Shown here: piece after piece, positions 10,175-21,961 of the stretch
How the letters are laid out: each line of letters starts with the position of its first letter
How positions within the stretch are numbered: position 1 is the stretch's first letter
DNA from: a bacterium
GTDB taxonomy: Bacteria; Patescibacteriota; Gracilibacteria; BD1-5; UBA2023
Direction of reading: 5' to 3'
Length of the DNA stretch: 36,863 nucleotides
Assembly (NCBI GenBank): GCA_043778375.1
Contig: JAYWGH010000012.1
Coordinates: 1-36,863 of the forward strand
Notes under the pieces: model-generated
Databases searched by the model: none
Told to the model about the DNA's origin: nothing
Seen by the model: only the letters and a program-made list of their open reading frames with translations
Translations under genes and position numbers: made by a program

Positions 10175-10204
10175 ATATACAGAGTTATGTACAGAGTATA
10201 TATG
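10172..10204 (-). promoter_or_regulatory. inverted repeat plus 12-bp-period direct repeat overlapping the lexA start codon (candidate operator)
   Basis: catatatac (10172-10180) and gtatatatg (10196-10204) are perfect 9-bp inverted arms separated by 15 nt. Inside them, tacagagt occurs twice (10178-10185 and 10190-10197). The left arm contains the lexA ATG. Confidence 0.35.
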
Positions 10205-10233
10205 TAATAGGGGGCGTGTAAAGGGAAAATTTC

Positions 10234-11202
10234 CTACCTCAAGTACTTCCTCTTATTTGCGTTGTGCTCATCGAGCGTAAGACCATAGTAGATCTGCCCA
10301 TCTGGCGCATGGAGATAGTAGAGCGCCTGAGTTTTCTCAGGGCTCATAGTAGCGATCCAGGTCTGCCTGCTCACACTTGCGATCGGTGTAGGTGGAAGAC
10401 CTGCAAACTTGCGGGTATTGTATAGGCTCGTACTCGTGAGTCACTCTACGATACTCTTGGGGGTACAGGTCGACGACCCGAGCGCGAGAGCATAACAAAT
10501 AGTTGCGTCCGCTCCGAGTGACATACCAATCTCGAGCCTACGGGCGAGAACTCCTGCTACCTTTGACTTCTCAGCAGGGTCACGCTCCTCGCGCTCAACA
10601 ATCGATGCGAGCTTGAGAGTATTATACCAATCTTTACGGCCTGCAAGCTTGGAGTATATTTGTTTATCAAACTCTGCGAGGAGTACACCGAGAACTTCCT
10701 CGAGCTGCGCCCCCTGTCGCACCCGATAGGTATCAGGAAAGAGAAATCCCTCAAATGACTTTTTATCTGATAAAAATGGGTACTTGGTGATGAGCTTTGG
10801 GAACTCAGCAGGACGAGCACCCACGAGGTCTCAGGCGAGCATGACTCCAAGCTCAGCGAGATATGGATCAATATCATAAATGTTCCATCCCGGCAGGAGG
10901 GTAACAGTGAGATCGGTATGGAGTGGCTTTGCGAGAGAGTTCGCAAGTACTCATCTCAGGGTTACACCCTTCTCTACCGCAAAGGTCCCCGCCTTTGGCA
11001 CAAAGTCTGCAGCAAAAAGTCGACGATACAGAGATACTCGCGTATCTCCAGCGTCTACTCAGAGAATACGCACCACACTCGAAAAACTTGCACCAGTTGG
11101 TATTACAATGGGTCAAGACTTCGTAATAGTGCCCCCGAGGCTCCACACATAAGCAGCTCAGAGGATGAGTGCACCTAGTACGAAGAGGATGAATTTTTTC
11201 AC
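10234..11202 (-). CDS. mltG: endolytic murein transglycosylase MltG (YceG family)
   Basis: One frame runs from GTG 11200-11202 (the codon upstream-but-one is a stop) to TAG 10234-10236, through six in-frame TGAs including 10831 and 10441. It has an N-terminal TM helix (KKFILFVLGALILGAAYVW), FPDTYRV, ASIVEREE and LYNTRKFAGLPPTPIAS. Four overlapping track ORFs here are wrong-frame artefacts. Confidence 0.85.
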
Positions 11203-11205
11203 GAT

Positions 11206-11658
11206 TTATCTAGAAGCGCCAGTACTCGTAGCTCCAGTTGCACTCACTGACCCCGAGAGACTCACTGACCCTGAGAGTGACGCCCCAGTGAGAGTTGTGA
11301 GAGCACCTAAATTTTCTTTGACCGCTGATGCCGCCCGAGAGAGATCCTCTACACTTTTGACCACTGCCTGGGTTTGATCTACTTTTTGTTCGATAGTCGA
11401 GCGAGTTGTCTCTACCACTGATCGTGCACTATCGATCGTAGTCTTTGCATTATCAAGAAGACCACCAGTATTATTTTTGAGATCAATAAGGGTATTAGAG
11501 ATATTGTCTGCCTGGCCCTTGAGTGATCGTATTTGCTCATTGAAGCCTGGCACACCAATGAGACTTGCTACTTCATCAGCTTCTTTTGGAGCAAAAAATA
11601 CTGCGAGGACATAGAGTCCTGCAACTAGGAGAAGAGCCGAGAATATTTTAGAAATCAT
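11206..11658 (-). CDS. membrane-anchored hypothetical protein (about 150 aa)
   Basis: Starting at ATG 11656-11658 gives MISKIFSALLLVAGLYVLAVFF (a TM helix) followed by a helical, polar region and a GSVSLSGSVS repeat encoded by an 18-nt tandem near 11242-11280. The longer track start at 11760 would lie inside the upstream gene. Confidence 0.55.
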   Translation of the reverse strand: MISKIFSALLLVAGLYVLAVFFAPKEADEVASLIGVPGFNEQIRSLKGQADNISNTLIDLKNNTGGLLDNAKTTIDSARSVVETTRSTIEQKVDQTQAVVKSVEDLSRAASAVKENLGALTTLTGASLSGSVSLSGSVSATGATSTGASR

Positions 11659-12085
11659 TGGTGAAAAGGTCTTGTGCAGATACAGCGCCACCCTTGAGTT
11701 TTGTATGGAGTGCGACGATATCATCGTCCTTGATAGCTTCTTTCTTTTTCGGATTTGCAAGTGTTTCTATAGCTTCAGCCATTACCGTATCAACACTCAT
11801 CATGTGAGAGAGGATTCCATTTGAGAGTTCAATATTCATTGAGCTTATATTTTGTCCTGTATGCCCGAGTGCTTTCTGGAGATCTTCGCTATTTTTGAGG
11901 AGATTGATCTCAGCCTTGATGGTACACTCATCATGGCAGTGTGGGCAGTGCGTAGAGAGCGCAACCTCATGATCAGTCGCTCCAACTACCGTCACATCCC
12001 GCTCACTGATGTGATTATTACAGTTGCGACAAGCAAAGTGTGCGATCGTCGTATCTACAATACTTTTGAGGATGAGGTAGTTCAT
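11648..12085 (-). CDS. zinc-ribbon hypothetical protein (145 aa)
   Basis: Intact ORF with a CRNC...CPHC four-Cys pair and a TAA stop. No family was recognised. Confidence 0.55.
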   Translation of the reverse strand: MNYLILKSIVDTTIAHFACRNCNNHISERDVTVVGATDHEVALSTHCPHCHDECTIKAEINLLKNSEDLQKALGHTGQNISSMNIELSNGILSHMMSVDTVMAEAIETLANPKKKEAIKDDDIVALHTKLKGGAVSAQDLFTNDF

Positions 12086-12117
12086 GAAATAGATTTACAA
12101 TAGGTATTGTACGAGAT

Positions 12118-13590
12118 TTATGCTATTTTCTCAAGTAAAGCGCGCACTCTTTGGATTGACAATTTTGGACCAAGAATCGCGAGACATTCAAAAGCTCCTG
12201 GAGAGAACTCCTCTCCCGAGAGCGCGATTCTTAGTGGCCAGAGGATCTGCCCATTTTTGTGACCTGCAGCAGCGATCCCAGAGATCATATACACCTTAAT
12301 CGCTTCGCTGTCTGCGTCATTTGGCAAACTCTCTAAGAGTGAGAGTCCAAAACTGAGGAACTCCTTAGCTTGAGTAAGTGACTCGATCTTCATCTTCGCG
12401 TTTACAAGAAGCTCTGGCTGCTGTCTTGCCTCACCATAGAAGAATGTTGTAAGCTCAGGATAATCCGAGAGTCTCTTGAGTCGTGTTTGAAGCTCTCGTA
12501 CGATCGCAAGATTACGGATCTGGCCTGCTGGCTCAAAGGTGCTTGTATAAAAGTCCTGCTGATACCGAACGAGATACTTGGTAAGTCGATCTAAGAGATC
12601 TTGAGCTGGGAGTGCGGTGATATACTGCGCGTTCATCCAGTCGAGCTTTACTGGGTCGAGGATAGCTCCTGACTTTCACATGTTTGTGATCTCAAAAGCG
12701 CTCACGAGCTCCTCAAGAGAGAATATTTCTTGGGTAATTTTTGGATTCCAGCCGAGAAATGCAACAAAGTTGAGGATCGCCTCGGGGAGATAGCCTTTTT
12801 CGAGATAGAGCTCGACTGCAGTGTCTCCTGTTCGTTTGGAGAGCTTTTTACCATCTGCCCCCATGATGTTTGGCATATGGGCGTACTCGGGGAGAGTGAC
12901 CCCGAGAGCTCTCGCTGTGAGAATCTGCTTTGGAATCGAGCTAATCCACTCCTCGCCTCGCATCACATGTGTCACCCCCATGAGATAATCATCGATCACG
13001 ATCGCACCATGGTAGGTTGGGAATCCATCCGTCTTCTGGAGTACTTGATCCTCTACCTCGGTCGTATTAAACTCGATCTTCCCTCGTATCATATCCTGCA
13101 TCTCGATTTTTTCCGCCTTTGGCACTCGTAGTCGTATAATATATGGCTCACCTGCGTCTACTCTCGCCTTTGACTCCTCGTATGGCAGATCACGACAATG
13201 ACCGTCGTATTTGAGTGGAAGTTTTAAACCCTCCTGCTCGGCGCGCAGAGTATCGAGCCGCTCTGAGCTACAAAAACAGTAGTACGCACTCCCCTTCGTA
13301 ACCATTTCATGGAGGTATTTGCTATATATATCAAGCCTTTCAGACTGCTTGTATGGCCCATTTCCGAGATCATGACTCGGCCCCTCATCAGGCGTGAGCC
13401 CAAACTCATCGAGTATAGTCAGGAGATTTTCAAGTGCTCAGGGCACAAAGCGACTCTGATCTGTATCCTCTACTCGGAGCATAAAAATACCCTGGTGCTT
13501 GCGTGCCCAGAGGTAGCAATAAAGTGCAGTACGCAATCCTCATATGTGGAGGTATCCGGTCGGTGACGGAGCAAATCGTGTTTTAATCAT
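12118..13590 (-). CDS. gltX: glutamyl-tRNA synthetase
   Basis: ATG 13588-13590 to TAA 12118, joining track ORFs 12676..13305 and 12118..12636 through TGA at 13540, 13438 and 12676. The HIGH signature reads [21 protein letters not shown] (family consensus HIGG). The KMSKS equivalent is KLSKR. Confidence 0.93.
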
Positions 13591-13596
13591 GCGGGG

Positions 13597-13602
13597 AGTA
13601 TA
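13597..13602 (-). promoter_or_regulatory. -10-like TATACT hexamer 6 nt upstream of the gltX ATG
   Basis: The minus sense reads TATACT-ccccgc-ATG. The same geometry recurs at three other operon-first genes (see findings). No convincing -35 was found here. Confidence 0.35.
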
Positions 13603-13637
13603 GATAAAACTCTCACAAAATAAAGACGTTTAGCTCG

Positions 13638-15425
13638 CTAAAACCTGAGCTCAAAAACTTTCCCTCGACTATAAATAGTTTTTTTATCGAGTGAGACGAT
13701 TGCTGGAAATATCACATCACAAGATCGAGCATCAGCGGTAAATGCGAGATCTATCGCACACGGACAACTCGAGCAAGTAGCTCGTCCGTAGAGAGCTCAA
13801 ACATCTTTTGCATACCCAAGTCTACATGAGCCACCTACTCCTGGGAGAGTGAGAGTAGAATTCAGACTTCCAAGGCTCGAGATAACTGACCTTGTCGCTG
13901 TATTTGTAGGTGGAATATAGACCGTTACGTTCGGACAGCCCTTATTGTCTTTGAGTCCAAACACAGCCGGGCAGAGATCATCTCGGTTGAGCACTCCATC
14001 TCCATCAAGATCAGCGTTCTCGTCAAATACTAGTACAACTGAGGCAATAGAAGTTGCTCACTTTGAATCTCTTACCGTCAGGGTCACAGGCCTCACTCCC
14101 CCTGTCTCATAGAGGTGGCTTGGATTTGGATCAGTACTAAAAGATCCATCCGCAAAGTCCCATCGGTAGGTATACGGCCCTGTTCCTCCGTTAATCTGAC
14201 TACTAAGGTTTACTGTAGAGGGCGCAGTCGTGGAGAGTACATTCGCACGGATTTGTACTGAGAGTCCCTGAAGTGATCCGGTAGGCACAGGTGTACCATC
14301 ACGTACTTCAACTGAGGCAAGAGAGGTACTTGTTACTCAGGTCGCCGGGTCTCGTACCGTAAGTCTCACGAGCCATGTTCCATTCCCAGAGAGTGCAAAA
14401 TTAGATAGACATGCTCCCGTACCCGAAAGTCTCGTCCCATCCTGCGCTCTTGCAAACTCCCATGAGTAGATATATGGACCCCCTATTGTCTCCGTACGCC
14501 CAAAAAAAGTATAACTCGCAGCACTCGCGGAAGTGAAGTTACTTACAGGAGTACTTGTACTACAGCTTGCTCACGCATCGAGTATCCGTACTTCAGAGGT
14601 GAGACTTGATGGAGATTGATTATTTGGAGGATTCGATCCCGTATTTGGACTTGTAGGAGTTTGAGTGTTTGAGGAAGGTTGAGAAGAATTTGTAGTAGAG
14701 GAAGGAGAATTTGAATTTTGCCCGTCTGCCGATCGTAAGCTACACATATTTATCCGAAATATTTTTGCTGCCATCTGCACGAACTCCCGCTTGGAGATAT
14801 TTTCATTTGGCCTGATTTTGCCATCACTCGGAAGTGTGATCATACCAGACTGTACAGCCTTTTGCGCATATCCATACCAACTATCAGTTGCATCCGCTAT
14901 AGTTAGCGTACGTGCAAAATTTGCTGTGTTCCGAGCATTATCCCATAGACCTGCTTGACGGAGTAATACCGCAGCTGCCTCAATGCGGGTAATTTTATTG
15001 TTCGCACAAAATGGAGTAGCAGTATACGACTCACCATTCTCACATTTTGAGCTCCCATCTGGTCCTATTACGTACCCCTCAACAATCCCCTGCTCTTTTG
15101 CGTAGGACACACAATAAAAATTGGGATTTGCCCTTGCAAAATCTACAAAGGGGAGTGAGTTATACTTAATAATATCATCAAAAGTCGGCGATAAGCACTT
15201 TTTACATCCGACTCAGACAACTATAGAAACAAAGTCATCACGATTGATGAGGCTCGTAGGATTAAATCTCTTATTTGGTGAATCAGGGATTACTCCACGC
15301 TCATAGAGTGATACAAGATCTCCATAGTAGTCATCGCTCGGACTCACATCAGTAAATGGGAGATCAGCCGCAAACGCAGGTATACTCACAAAAAATACGA
15401 GGAGGGCGAGGAAAACTCGTTTCAT
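13638..15425 (-). CDS. secreted cell-surface protein (595 aa): signal peptide, SLH repeats, S/T/P/N-rich linker, two PKD-like domains, TSP3-like Ca-binding repeat, Cys-rich tail
   Basis: Track ORFs 15213..15425, 14571..15110, 14058..14288 and 13797..13994 are all one frame joined through in-frame TGA, ending at TAG 13638. I checked the gaps for TAA/TAG and found none. It contains MKRVFLALLVFFVSIPAFA, SLH-like FTDVSPSDDYYGDLVSLYERGVI, the linker NSNSPSSTTNSSQPSSNTQTPTSPNTGSNPPNNQSPSS, PKD-like GGTGPYTYRWDFADGS, and DGDGVLNRDDLCP. Confidence 0.8.
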
Positions 15426-15431
15426 GCAGAG

Positions 15432-15460
15432 AGTATAGTGGAAAAATCAACTAAAGGCAA
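15432..15460 (-). promoter_or_regulatory. promoter abutting the surface-protein ATG (leaderless geometry)
   Basis: The minus sense reads TTGCCT (15455-15460), a 17-nt spacer, TATACT (15432-15437), 6 nt, then ATG (15423-15425). Confidence 0.45.
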
Positions 15461-15490
15461 ACCCTTGGAAGATTACTAAAGATTGAAGGT

Positions 15491-16903
15491 TTAATTCTTT
15501 CAAAGCCGATACTCCACAACCGCCCCAAAATCGAGCTCCTCTGGTCCCGCGATCAAGTCTTCATACGAGATCTCATCATACTCATCGATCTCAGGCGCTT
15601 GGATCTCACGGCGGACTATCAGGGTGTCGTCCTCCATTTGCATCACATACCCGAGGAACTCTTGCCCCTGAGCTGCAAGAGCATTTGCAGCGTACACTTC
15701 ATCCAGGATTACACTGAGTTTTTTTAATCGCGCACGAGCTGTATCCTCGTCTACTTTCTGATCGAGCTTAGAGCTCGCAGCCATTGGCTCATCATGATAC
15801 TGGAATACTCCCACACTCTCAAACCGAGACTCTCGCGCAAATGCACAGAGCTCCTCAAAATCTGCCTCACTCTCCCCGGGGAATCCTACTATAAAGCTCG
15901 TGCGAATAAACGATCCGGGGGAATTGGACCGGATAAACTCCATGAGCCTCGCAATATGCGCCTGATCATAAAATCTCCCCATTCTCTTGAGCACATTCGC
16001 ACTATAGTGTTGAAATGGGATATCAAAATACGGGATAAACTTTGTGAGCTTGGTGAGTCGTTCGAGATGAGCAAAAGTGAGTGTATCAGGGTAAAGATAA
16101 AAAAGCCTGAATCTAAAATCCCCTGTTATCGCCTCAAGTCGCTCAAGCAGCTCAAAAAGTCGTGGCTCGCCATAGAGATCTGTCCCATAGCGAGTCGTAT
16201 CCTGACAGATGATCTCGATCTCACGAATCCCTGAGTTCACCATTACTGTCGCCTCTGCTACAATATCCTCGATCTCCCGAGAAGTCTGGCGACCTCGAAT
16301 CTTTGGGATGATACAAAATGTACAGTTATTATCACACCCCTCCGCGATCTTGAGGTACTCATATCCAAATGGTGCATGGATATACGCTCGCACTTCGTCT
16401 CCCTTCCAGATAAACGCCTTTTTACTGAGCTGAGATCCTCCAATAGACTCGAGGTACTCGCGGAGCTTCCCTTCTTTAAGACTTGCAAGTCCCCCTTCTT
16501 TAAGGCGCTTAAGAGCATGAGCATTAACTCGCCCCTTGACCTCTTCACCGAGGAGAAGGCGCTCGATCGCTGCATAGTCGGTAAATGGGAGGATTGCGTG
16601 CAAGTGCTTGAGGGAGGCGAGAAAAGCGTCATCCTTGACCGATACATAACATCCCATGAGGATGACTTTTTTACCGAGATCATCAAAATGCTTGAGGGTC
16701 TCTTCTGACTCCTCACGAGCCGACGAGAGAAATCCACAGGTATTTACGAGTACATACTCGACCTCGCTATCCTCAGGAGTATCAAAATACTGGATATCGA
16801 GCTTGTCCGCAAACTTAAGAATTTGCCCAACTGCAAACTCGAGGTCTACGAGATTTTTGGAACAACCGAGATTGACGGATGAAAAATGAAAAGATGGAGC
16901 CAT
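15491..16903 (-). CDS. rimO: ribosomal protein S12 methylthiotransferase RimO (radical SAM MTTase)
   Basis: N-terminal VNLGCSKNLVDLE (RimO-type), the radical-SAM CDNNCTFC motif and a C-terminal TRAM-like region. The track stop at 15500-15502 is TGA, so under table 25 the frame ends three codons later at TAA 15491-15493. Confidence 0.85.
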
Positions 16904-16955
16904 GAAATTGTTTTGACTCTATATATCCGAAAAGGGGCAAAAGTCACGGGGAGAT

Positions 16956-16981
16956 ACAAAAAATCTCCCGAAGAGGGAGAT
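16956..16981 (-). terminator. rho-independent terminator after the 16991..17413 gene
   Basis: The minus RNA reads AUCUCCC-UCUUC-GGGAGAU followed by UUUUUGU. The hairpin begins 10 nt after TAA 16991-16993. Confidence 0.65.
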
Positions 16982-16990
16982 GGGTGAGAG

Positions 16991-17413
16991 TTATTTTTGT
17001 ATAGCTGGGGGCATATACTGAACTTTGATATTTGTGTAATTTATATTCGTTGGAATGGTGTTAACTCATCTATTTGGGAGAGATAAATCTTTAGTGAAAA
17101 ATTCTGAGTGTCAGCCTACTACTTTTGTACAACGCAAACGTACTTGATGACTCAGGCTATTAAGAGAAGGGGTGGTCTTTATGTTACAATTCATTTTATC
17201 ATAGCCTTTAAGCTCAAATGCCTGGCCAGAATTCTTACCTAGGAGATCGTTTGTGAGCTCACTGGATATGATATTTAGTACATGATCTCTAGCGCCAGGA
17301 GAACTCAAGCCGTTACTCATAAGAAGCCTACCTTCAGAGGGTATATCTTTTGCTCCTACTGAACCCGCTACCAAGCTCGCTGCGAGACCAAGACCGATAA
17401 TAGTATTATTCAT
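16991..17413 (-). CDS. small secreted hypothetical protein (140 aa)
   Basis: Track ORF 17111..17413 is extended through TGA at 17111 and 17066 to TAA 16991. It has a signal-peptide-like MNNTIIGLGLAASLVAGSVGA. Confidence 0.5.
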
Positions 17414-17453
17414 AAAAAAAGTATGAGGAATCTATACATTTATACTTTGCAAA

Positions 17454-18452
17454 CTACATTAGTCAATATTTTTGTATCATTCCCCTCACCCACTCTCCCA
17501 AACTCGAGCCCGCAGCTGAGAGTTGCGCGGGGATAAAGCTCGTCTGCGTGAGCCCTGGTATAGTATTGATCTCAAGCGCAACCAGCTCACCACTCGCCAT
17601 GAGAATCATATCAGTGCGTGACATATCCTCCGCCCCCATGAGCTCATGTGTGCGTAGTGCGAGACGCTGAATAGACTCCGTCATCTCTAGATCAATGAGC
17701 GCTGGGGTAATCTCTCTGCACACTCCCGGTGTATACTTTGCCTCGTAGTCAAATAACTCCCCTTGGGTCAAGATAATCTCCGTCGGGGGCAAGGCTCGGA
17801 CTTGTCCATCCAAAAACACCACTCCACAGGTGAACTCGCGCCCTACGATACACTCCTGTAGGAGGATTTCACCGAACTCAGTGAGCCTATTTCTGAGCGC
17901 AGACTCGAGCTCAGCACGAGAGGTCACCTTTGTGAGTCATATACTTGAGCCCTCATGACGAGGCTTGAGGATCATAGGATATCCAAGTGCAGACTCCGCA
18001 TGAGTGCAAAGTTCAGAGATATTACTCGCCTGATCTACGAGGAGAGTCCTCGGAGTTCGTACACCATGGAGTCCGAGATATTTGCCCGCTTCGTACTTAT
18101 CATTTGCGAGTTTCATAACTTCTGCGGGTGAAAAAACACTCGCTATGCCCGCCGAGTCGAGAAGAGTTCGGAGAGTTCCATCTTCTCAAAATTCACCATG
18201 AATAATCCCAAATACGAGAGAATCCTGAATCCTTGGGATTAGCTCACTCCAGATATACCCAGTACCGAGCCCGTCCGTATAAGTCGTACCGTCCGTTTGA
18301 TATGAGGTCACTGAGTATCCACTCCCAACGAGCGAAAGCTCGAGAGCTACGGCTGATCTCAGAGATACTGCCCGCTCAGACCCTGGCCCACCAGTGATGA
18401 TGGTAATATTACTCAAAGCTCGAAGGTTTGAGGAGTGGGAAAAGTATGACAT
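17454..18452 (-). CDS. ddl: D-alanine--D-alanine ligase
   Basis: Track ORFs 18186..18452 and 17463..17927 are one frame joined through TGA at 18186 (IIHGEF-TGA-EDGTL, family GEDG), 17937 and 17463, ending at TAG 17454. The ATP-grasp C-terminus reads LEINTIPGLTQTSFIP. The start at 18452 overlaps the lysS end by 44 nt and is less certain. Confidence 0.85.
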
Positions 18453-20016
18453 CTCGGAGATTTTTCTGACGCGTGATGAGCGCCAGAAATCTATCTATTC
18501 CAAATCCGAGGCCTGATTGACATGGCATCCCATGCTCCATAGCTCTCACAAAGTCATAGTCTGCAGAGGTTGCCTCTTCGTCTCCCGCCTCGATAGCGCG
18601 AGATTGTTCCTCAAACCGCTCTCGCTGATCGATAGGATCGACGAGCTCGCTGTACGACTTGATAACTTCCCACCCATTGATCACTACCTGAAACTGCTCA
18701 ACGATACTCGTGTCTGCGTCGCTCGAACGCGCAAGAGGCTGCATAAACTTTGGATAGTTGTAGAGAATTGCTGGACCCGTGATGAGGGGGCGCACTTTTT
18801 TCTTGTAGAGATAGTCGATCATGACCGCGAGTGAGAGCTTATCGAGATCTGGGATCTCTACCCCGGTCGCTCGGATCGCTCCTCGCATCTCGGACTCTTG
18901 CCCAGGAGCATATTCGCGGATATTAATCCCTGTTTTCTCGAGTATCCTCTGCGCGTAGTCAATACGCTCCCAGGTAGTTGCAAAGTCTACATCTCGGACG
19001 ATTCACTCTTTGTCCTCGATCTGGATCACACTCGGGAGCTCAAGTCTCGTGAGGAGTGTACGGATCATACGCTCGATGAATTCCATATTATCGAGGTAGC
19101 TCCAATACACCGCATAGTGCTCAACCATCGTAAACTCCTGCAGGTGAGATGGGTCAGAGCCCTCGTTTCGAAAGTCTTTTGCAATCTCAAAAACTCGCTC
19201 AAACCGTCCAACGGTCGCCATCTTGAGAGACGTCTCAGGCGAGATGCGCAAAAATACATCCGTATCGTAGTCATTGTGATGTGTTGAGAATGGCTTTGCT
19301 GCAGCTCCAGACGCAGAGTTTCCGAGGATGGGGGTCTCGATCTCGATAAATCCTTCTTCCTCGTAAAAGTCTCGAAGTGCCTTGAGAAATCGCGATCGCA
19401 AGAGAAACCTCGCATAAGTATCTTCATTGGAGATGAGGTCGAGGTATCGCTGACGATAGAGTGCCTCGACATCAGACATTCAGGACCATTTCTCTGGGAG
19501 TGGACGGAGCGCCTTCGTAAGAGGGGTGAACTCCTCCACGAATACGGTGAGCTCTCACTTTTGCGTATAAAATGGTTCACCTGATACCCCGATGAAGTCC
19601 CCGAGATCGAGCATCTTCTCTGCGTACTTAAACGCTGAGTAGCCATCTGGATATGCCTTTGGATCAGCCTCGAGAGTAGAGCGCGAGTTCCCCTGAGCGT
19701 CCGTGATCAAACACCTCTTTTTGGAGAACATGAGCTGTATCTCCCCCGTCGCGTCCTGGAGCTTAGCAAATATAAGGCCCCCCATAGAACGTTTGAGAAT
19801 CACACGCCCTGCTATACGGACACTCGGTGCTGACTGCTCGAGAATCGCCTCAAGATGCCGTGGCTCAGTCTTTGCGACTTGTACTATCACACTCGCGTTC
19901 GTATGTGTACGATCAAATCTCTGCGCAAAAGAAGCAAGTCCCATGGCTCGCATAGTGTTTACTTTGCCAGCTCGAGTCTCAAACTCATTTGCTGGATTGA
20001 TAATATGGTCAGTCAT
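18409..20016 (-). CDS. lysS: lysyl-tRNA synthetase, class II
   Basis: Track ORFs 19555..20016, 19003..19479 and 18409..18888 are one frame joined through TGA at 19555 (FYTQK-TGA-ELTVF), 19480 and 19003. Class II motifs are FIEIETPIL, FRNEG and GLGFGIDRF. The stop is TAA. Confidence 0.92.
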
Positions 20017-20077
20017 AGTAGGTAAATTATGCGCTGTATCATAGGGGAAAGTGGGCGATTTTCAATGGAGCTGTAAC

Positions 20078-21955
20078 CTACTTCTTCAATATATTCACAA
20101 AAGTCTCACTCGGGATACTCACCCGCCCGAACTGTTTCATTTTTTTCTTCCCTTCTTTCTGCTTTTCGAGGAGCTTACGCTTTCGGGTGATATCCCCTCC
20201 GTAGAGCTTTGCTGTAACATCCTTGCGAAGTGCTGATATATCCTCTCGAGCGATCACATTTGCCCCAAGAGTCGCCTGGATCGCGATCGAAAATTGTGCC
20301 TTTGGGATCTCTTCCTTGAGCTTTGCGCACATACGACCACCGAGAGTACGAGCCCGCTCACGATGGACGATCATAGAGAACGCCTCAATTTTCTCTCAGG
20401 CTACAAGGATATCCATCTTGGCGAGGTCATCTTGCTTGTACTTGATAAACTCGTACGAGAGCGATCCATACCCACTCGAGAGCGACTTAAGATCATCATA
20501 AAAGTCTCCCACCAGCTCCGCAAGTGGTATTTCATATACGAGCACAGCACGACTCGCATCGAGGAAATACTGATTTTTAAATACTCCACGGCGCTCCTGC
20601 GAGAGTTGCATGAGATTGCCGACGTAATCCAGCGGGGTAATAATCTCGATCTTCGCAATAGGCTCCTCAATATACTCAAAAGTCCCAGGTGCTGGCAAGT
20701 CCTCAGGATTACTAACGAGCACTGAGGTATAAGTACGATCTCCGACCACAAACACCTCCGGACTCCCTCGGGGATGCAGTGCCGCTTTATCTCATGGCAC
20801 AATCACCTTATAGGTCACCTGTGGAGAGGTCATGATCACGTCCATCTCAAACTCCCGCCAAAGACGCTCCTTGACGATATCGAGGTGGAGAAGTCCGAGA
20901 AATCCACACCGAAATCCGTGCCCAAGAGCTGCTGATACCTCATGCTCAGTCACGAGCGCTGAGTCATTAAGGGTGAGCTTTTCGATGCTGTCCTTGAGTT
21001 TTGGATATTCGTCTGTATCGACTGGATAGACTCCTGCAAAGATAAATGGAGTGATACGTTTGAACCCCTGTATCGAGCGCTTTGCGAGCTCATCTCCACG
21101 AAACACCGTATCCCCCACTCGCGCATCGGCAATTGTCTTGAGACCAGTCACTATATATCCGATCTCCCCCTCTTCGATCACTCCAATAGGATTCCACTTT
21201 GGAGAAAAGCACCCCACCTCGAGCGCTTCTATACGAGCTCAGGTGTTGATGAAATCGAGTTTATCCCCCTTGCGAACCGTCCCAGAAAAAAGCTTCACAT
21301 AGATCACAACTCACTTGTACGTATCGTACTGAGAGTCAAATATGAGCGCTTTGACACTCGAGTGGTCATGGGCAGGATCCCCATGGAGCACTGGAGTCGA
21401 GTCAATAGTCAGTCACTTTGGCTCAGGCATACGGTCTACTACTGCATCGAGTACCGCCTCTACATTGTCCCCAGTCTTCGCAGATACACAGATGATCTCC
21501 TCTCGCTTGCAGCCAAGGAGTCGTACCACCTCCTCACTCACTCGCTCAACATCCGCAGAAGGAAGGTCGATTTTATTGAGGACGGGGATGATCGTGAGGT
21601 CATTTTCAAGCGCGAGATACACATTTGAAAGGGTCTGTGCCTCAATCCCCTGCGTTGCGTCCACTACAAGAATAGCTCCTTCTACCGATGCGAGTGAGCG
21701 AGATACCTCATACTGAAAATCCACATGCCCCGGTGTGTCGATGAGATTGAGCTCGATCCCTCGCCACTCCATCCGCACAGGAGTGAGCTTGATCGTGATC
21801 CCCCGCTCTTTCTCGATATCCATCCCATCGAGGGTCTGCTCGCGGATATCTCGCTTTGCAATAGTCCCCGTGATCTCGAGCATCCGATCTGCGAGCGTAG
21901 ATTTGCCGTGATCGATGTGGGCGATGATACAGAGATTGCGGATAGACCTGAGCAT
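20078..21955 (-). CDS. lepA: translation elongation factor 4 (LepA)
   Basis: Track ORFs 21413..21955, 20792..21217, 20396..20755 and 20078..20374 are one frame. GTPase motifs are [14 protein letters not shown] and NKID. TGA at 21413 and 21311 fall on the conserved PPPK-G and Y(R/K)-G-V columns. The stop is TAG. Confidence 0.93.
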
Positions 21956-21961
21956 GAGAAG

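Noticed and set aside
10172-10233. The 9-bp inverted repeat upstream of lexA as an intrinsic terminator for mltG.
   Set aside because: The stem is pure A/U, the loop is 15 nt and no U-tract follows. It overlaps the lexA ATG, so an operator or promoter role is more plausible.
11242-11280. An 18-nt tandem repeat (ctcactgaccc[c/t]gagag x2) as a possible regulatory or CRISPR-like repeat.
   Set aside because: There are only two units, both inside a coding frame where they encode GSVSLSGSVS. This is a low-complexity coding repeat, not an array.
19065-19646. Alternate-frame ORF of 193 aa inside lysS. Similar cases are 16258..16737 in rimO, 10557..10946 and 10874..11178 in mltG, 21682..22011 in lepA, and 36103..36522 in the malic enzyme gene.
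   Set aside because: These are long open frames in wrong frames or antisense to strongly supported genes. Their composition is low-complexity and Ser/Arg-rich, typical of off-frame translation.
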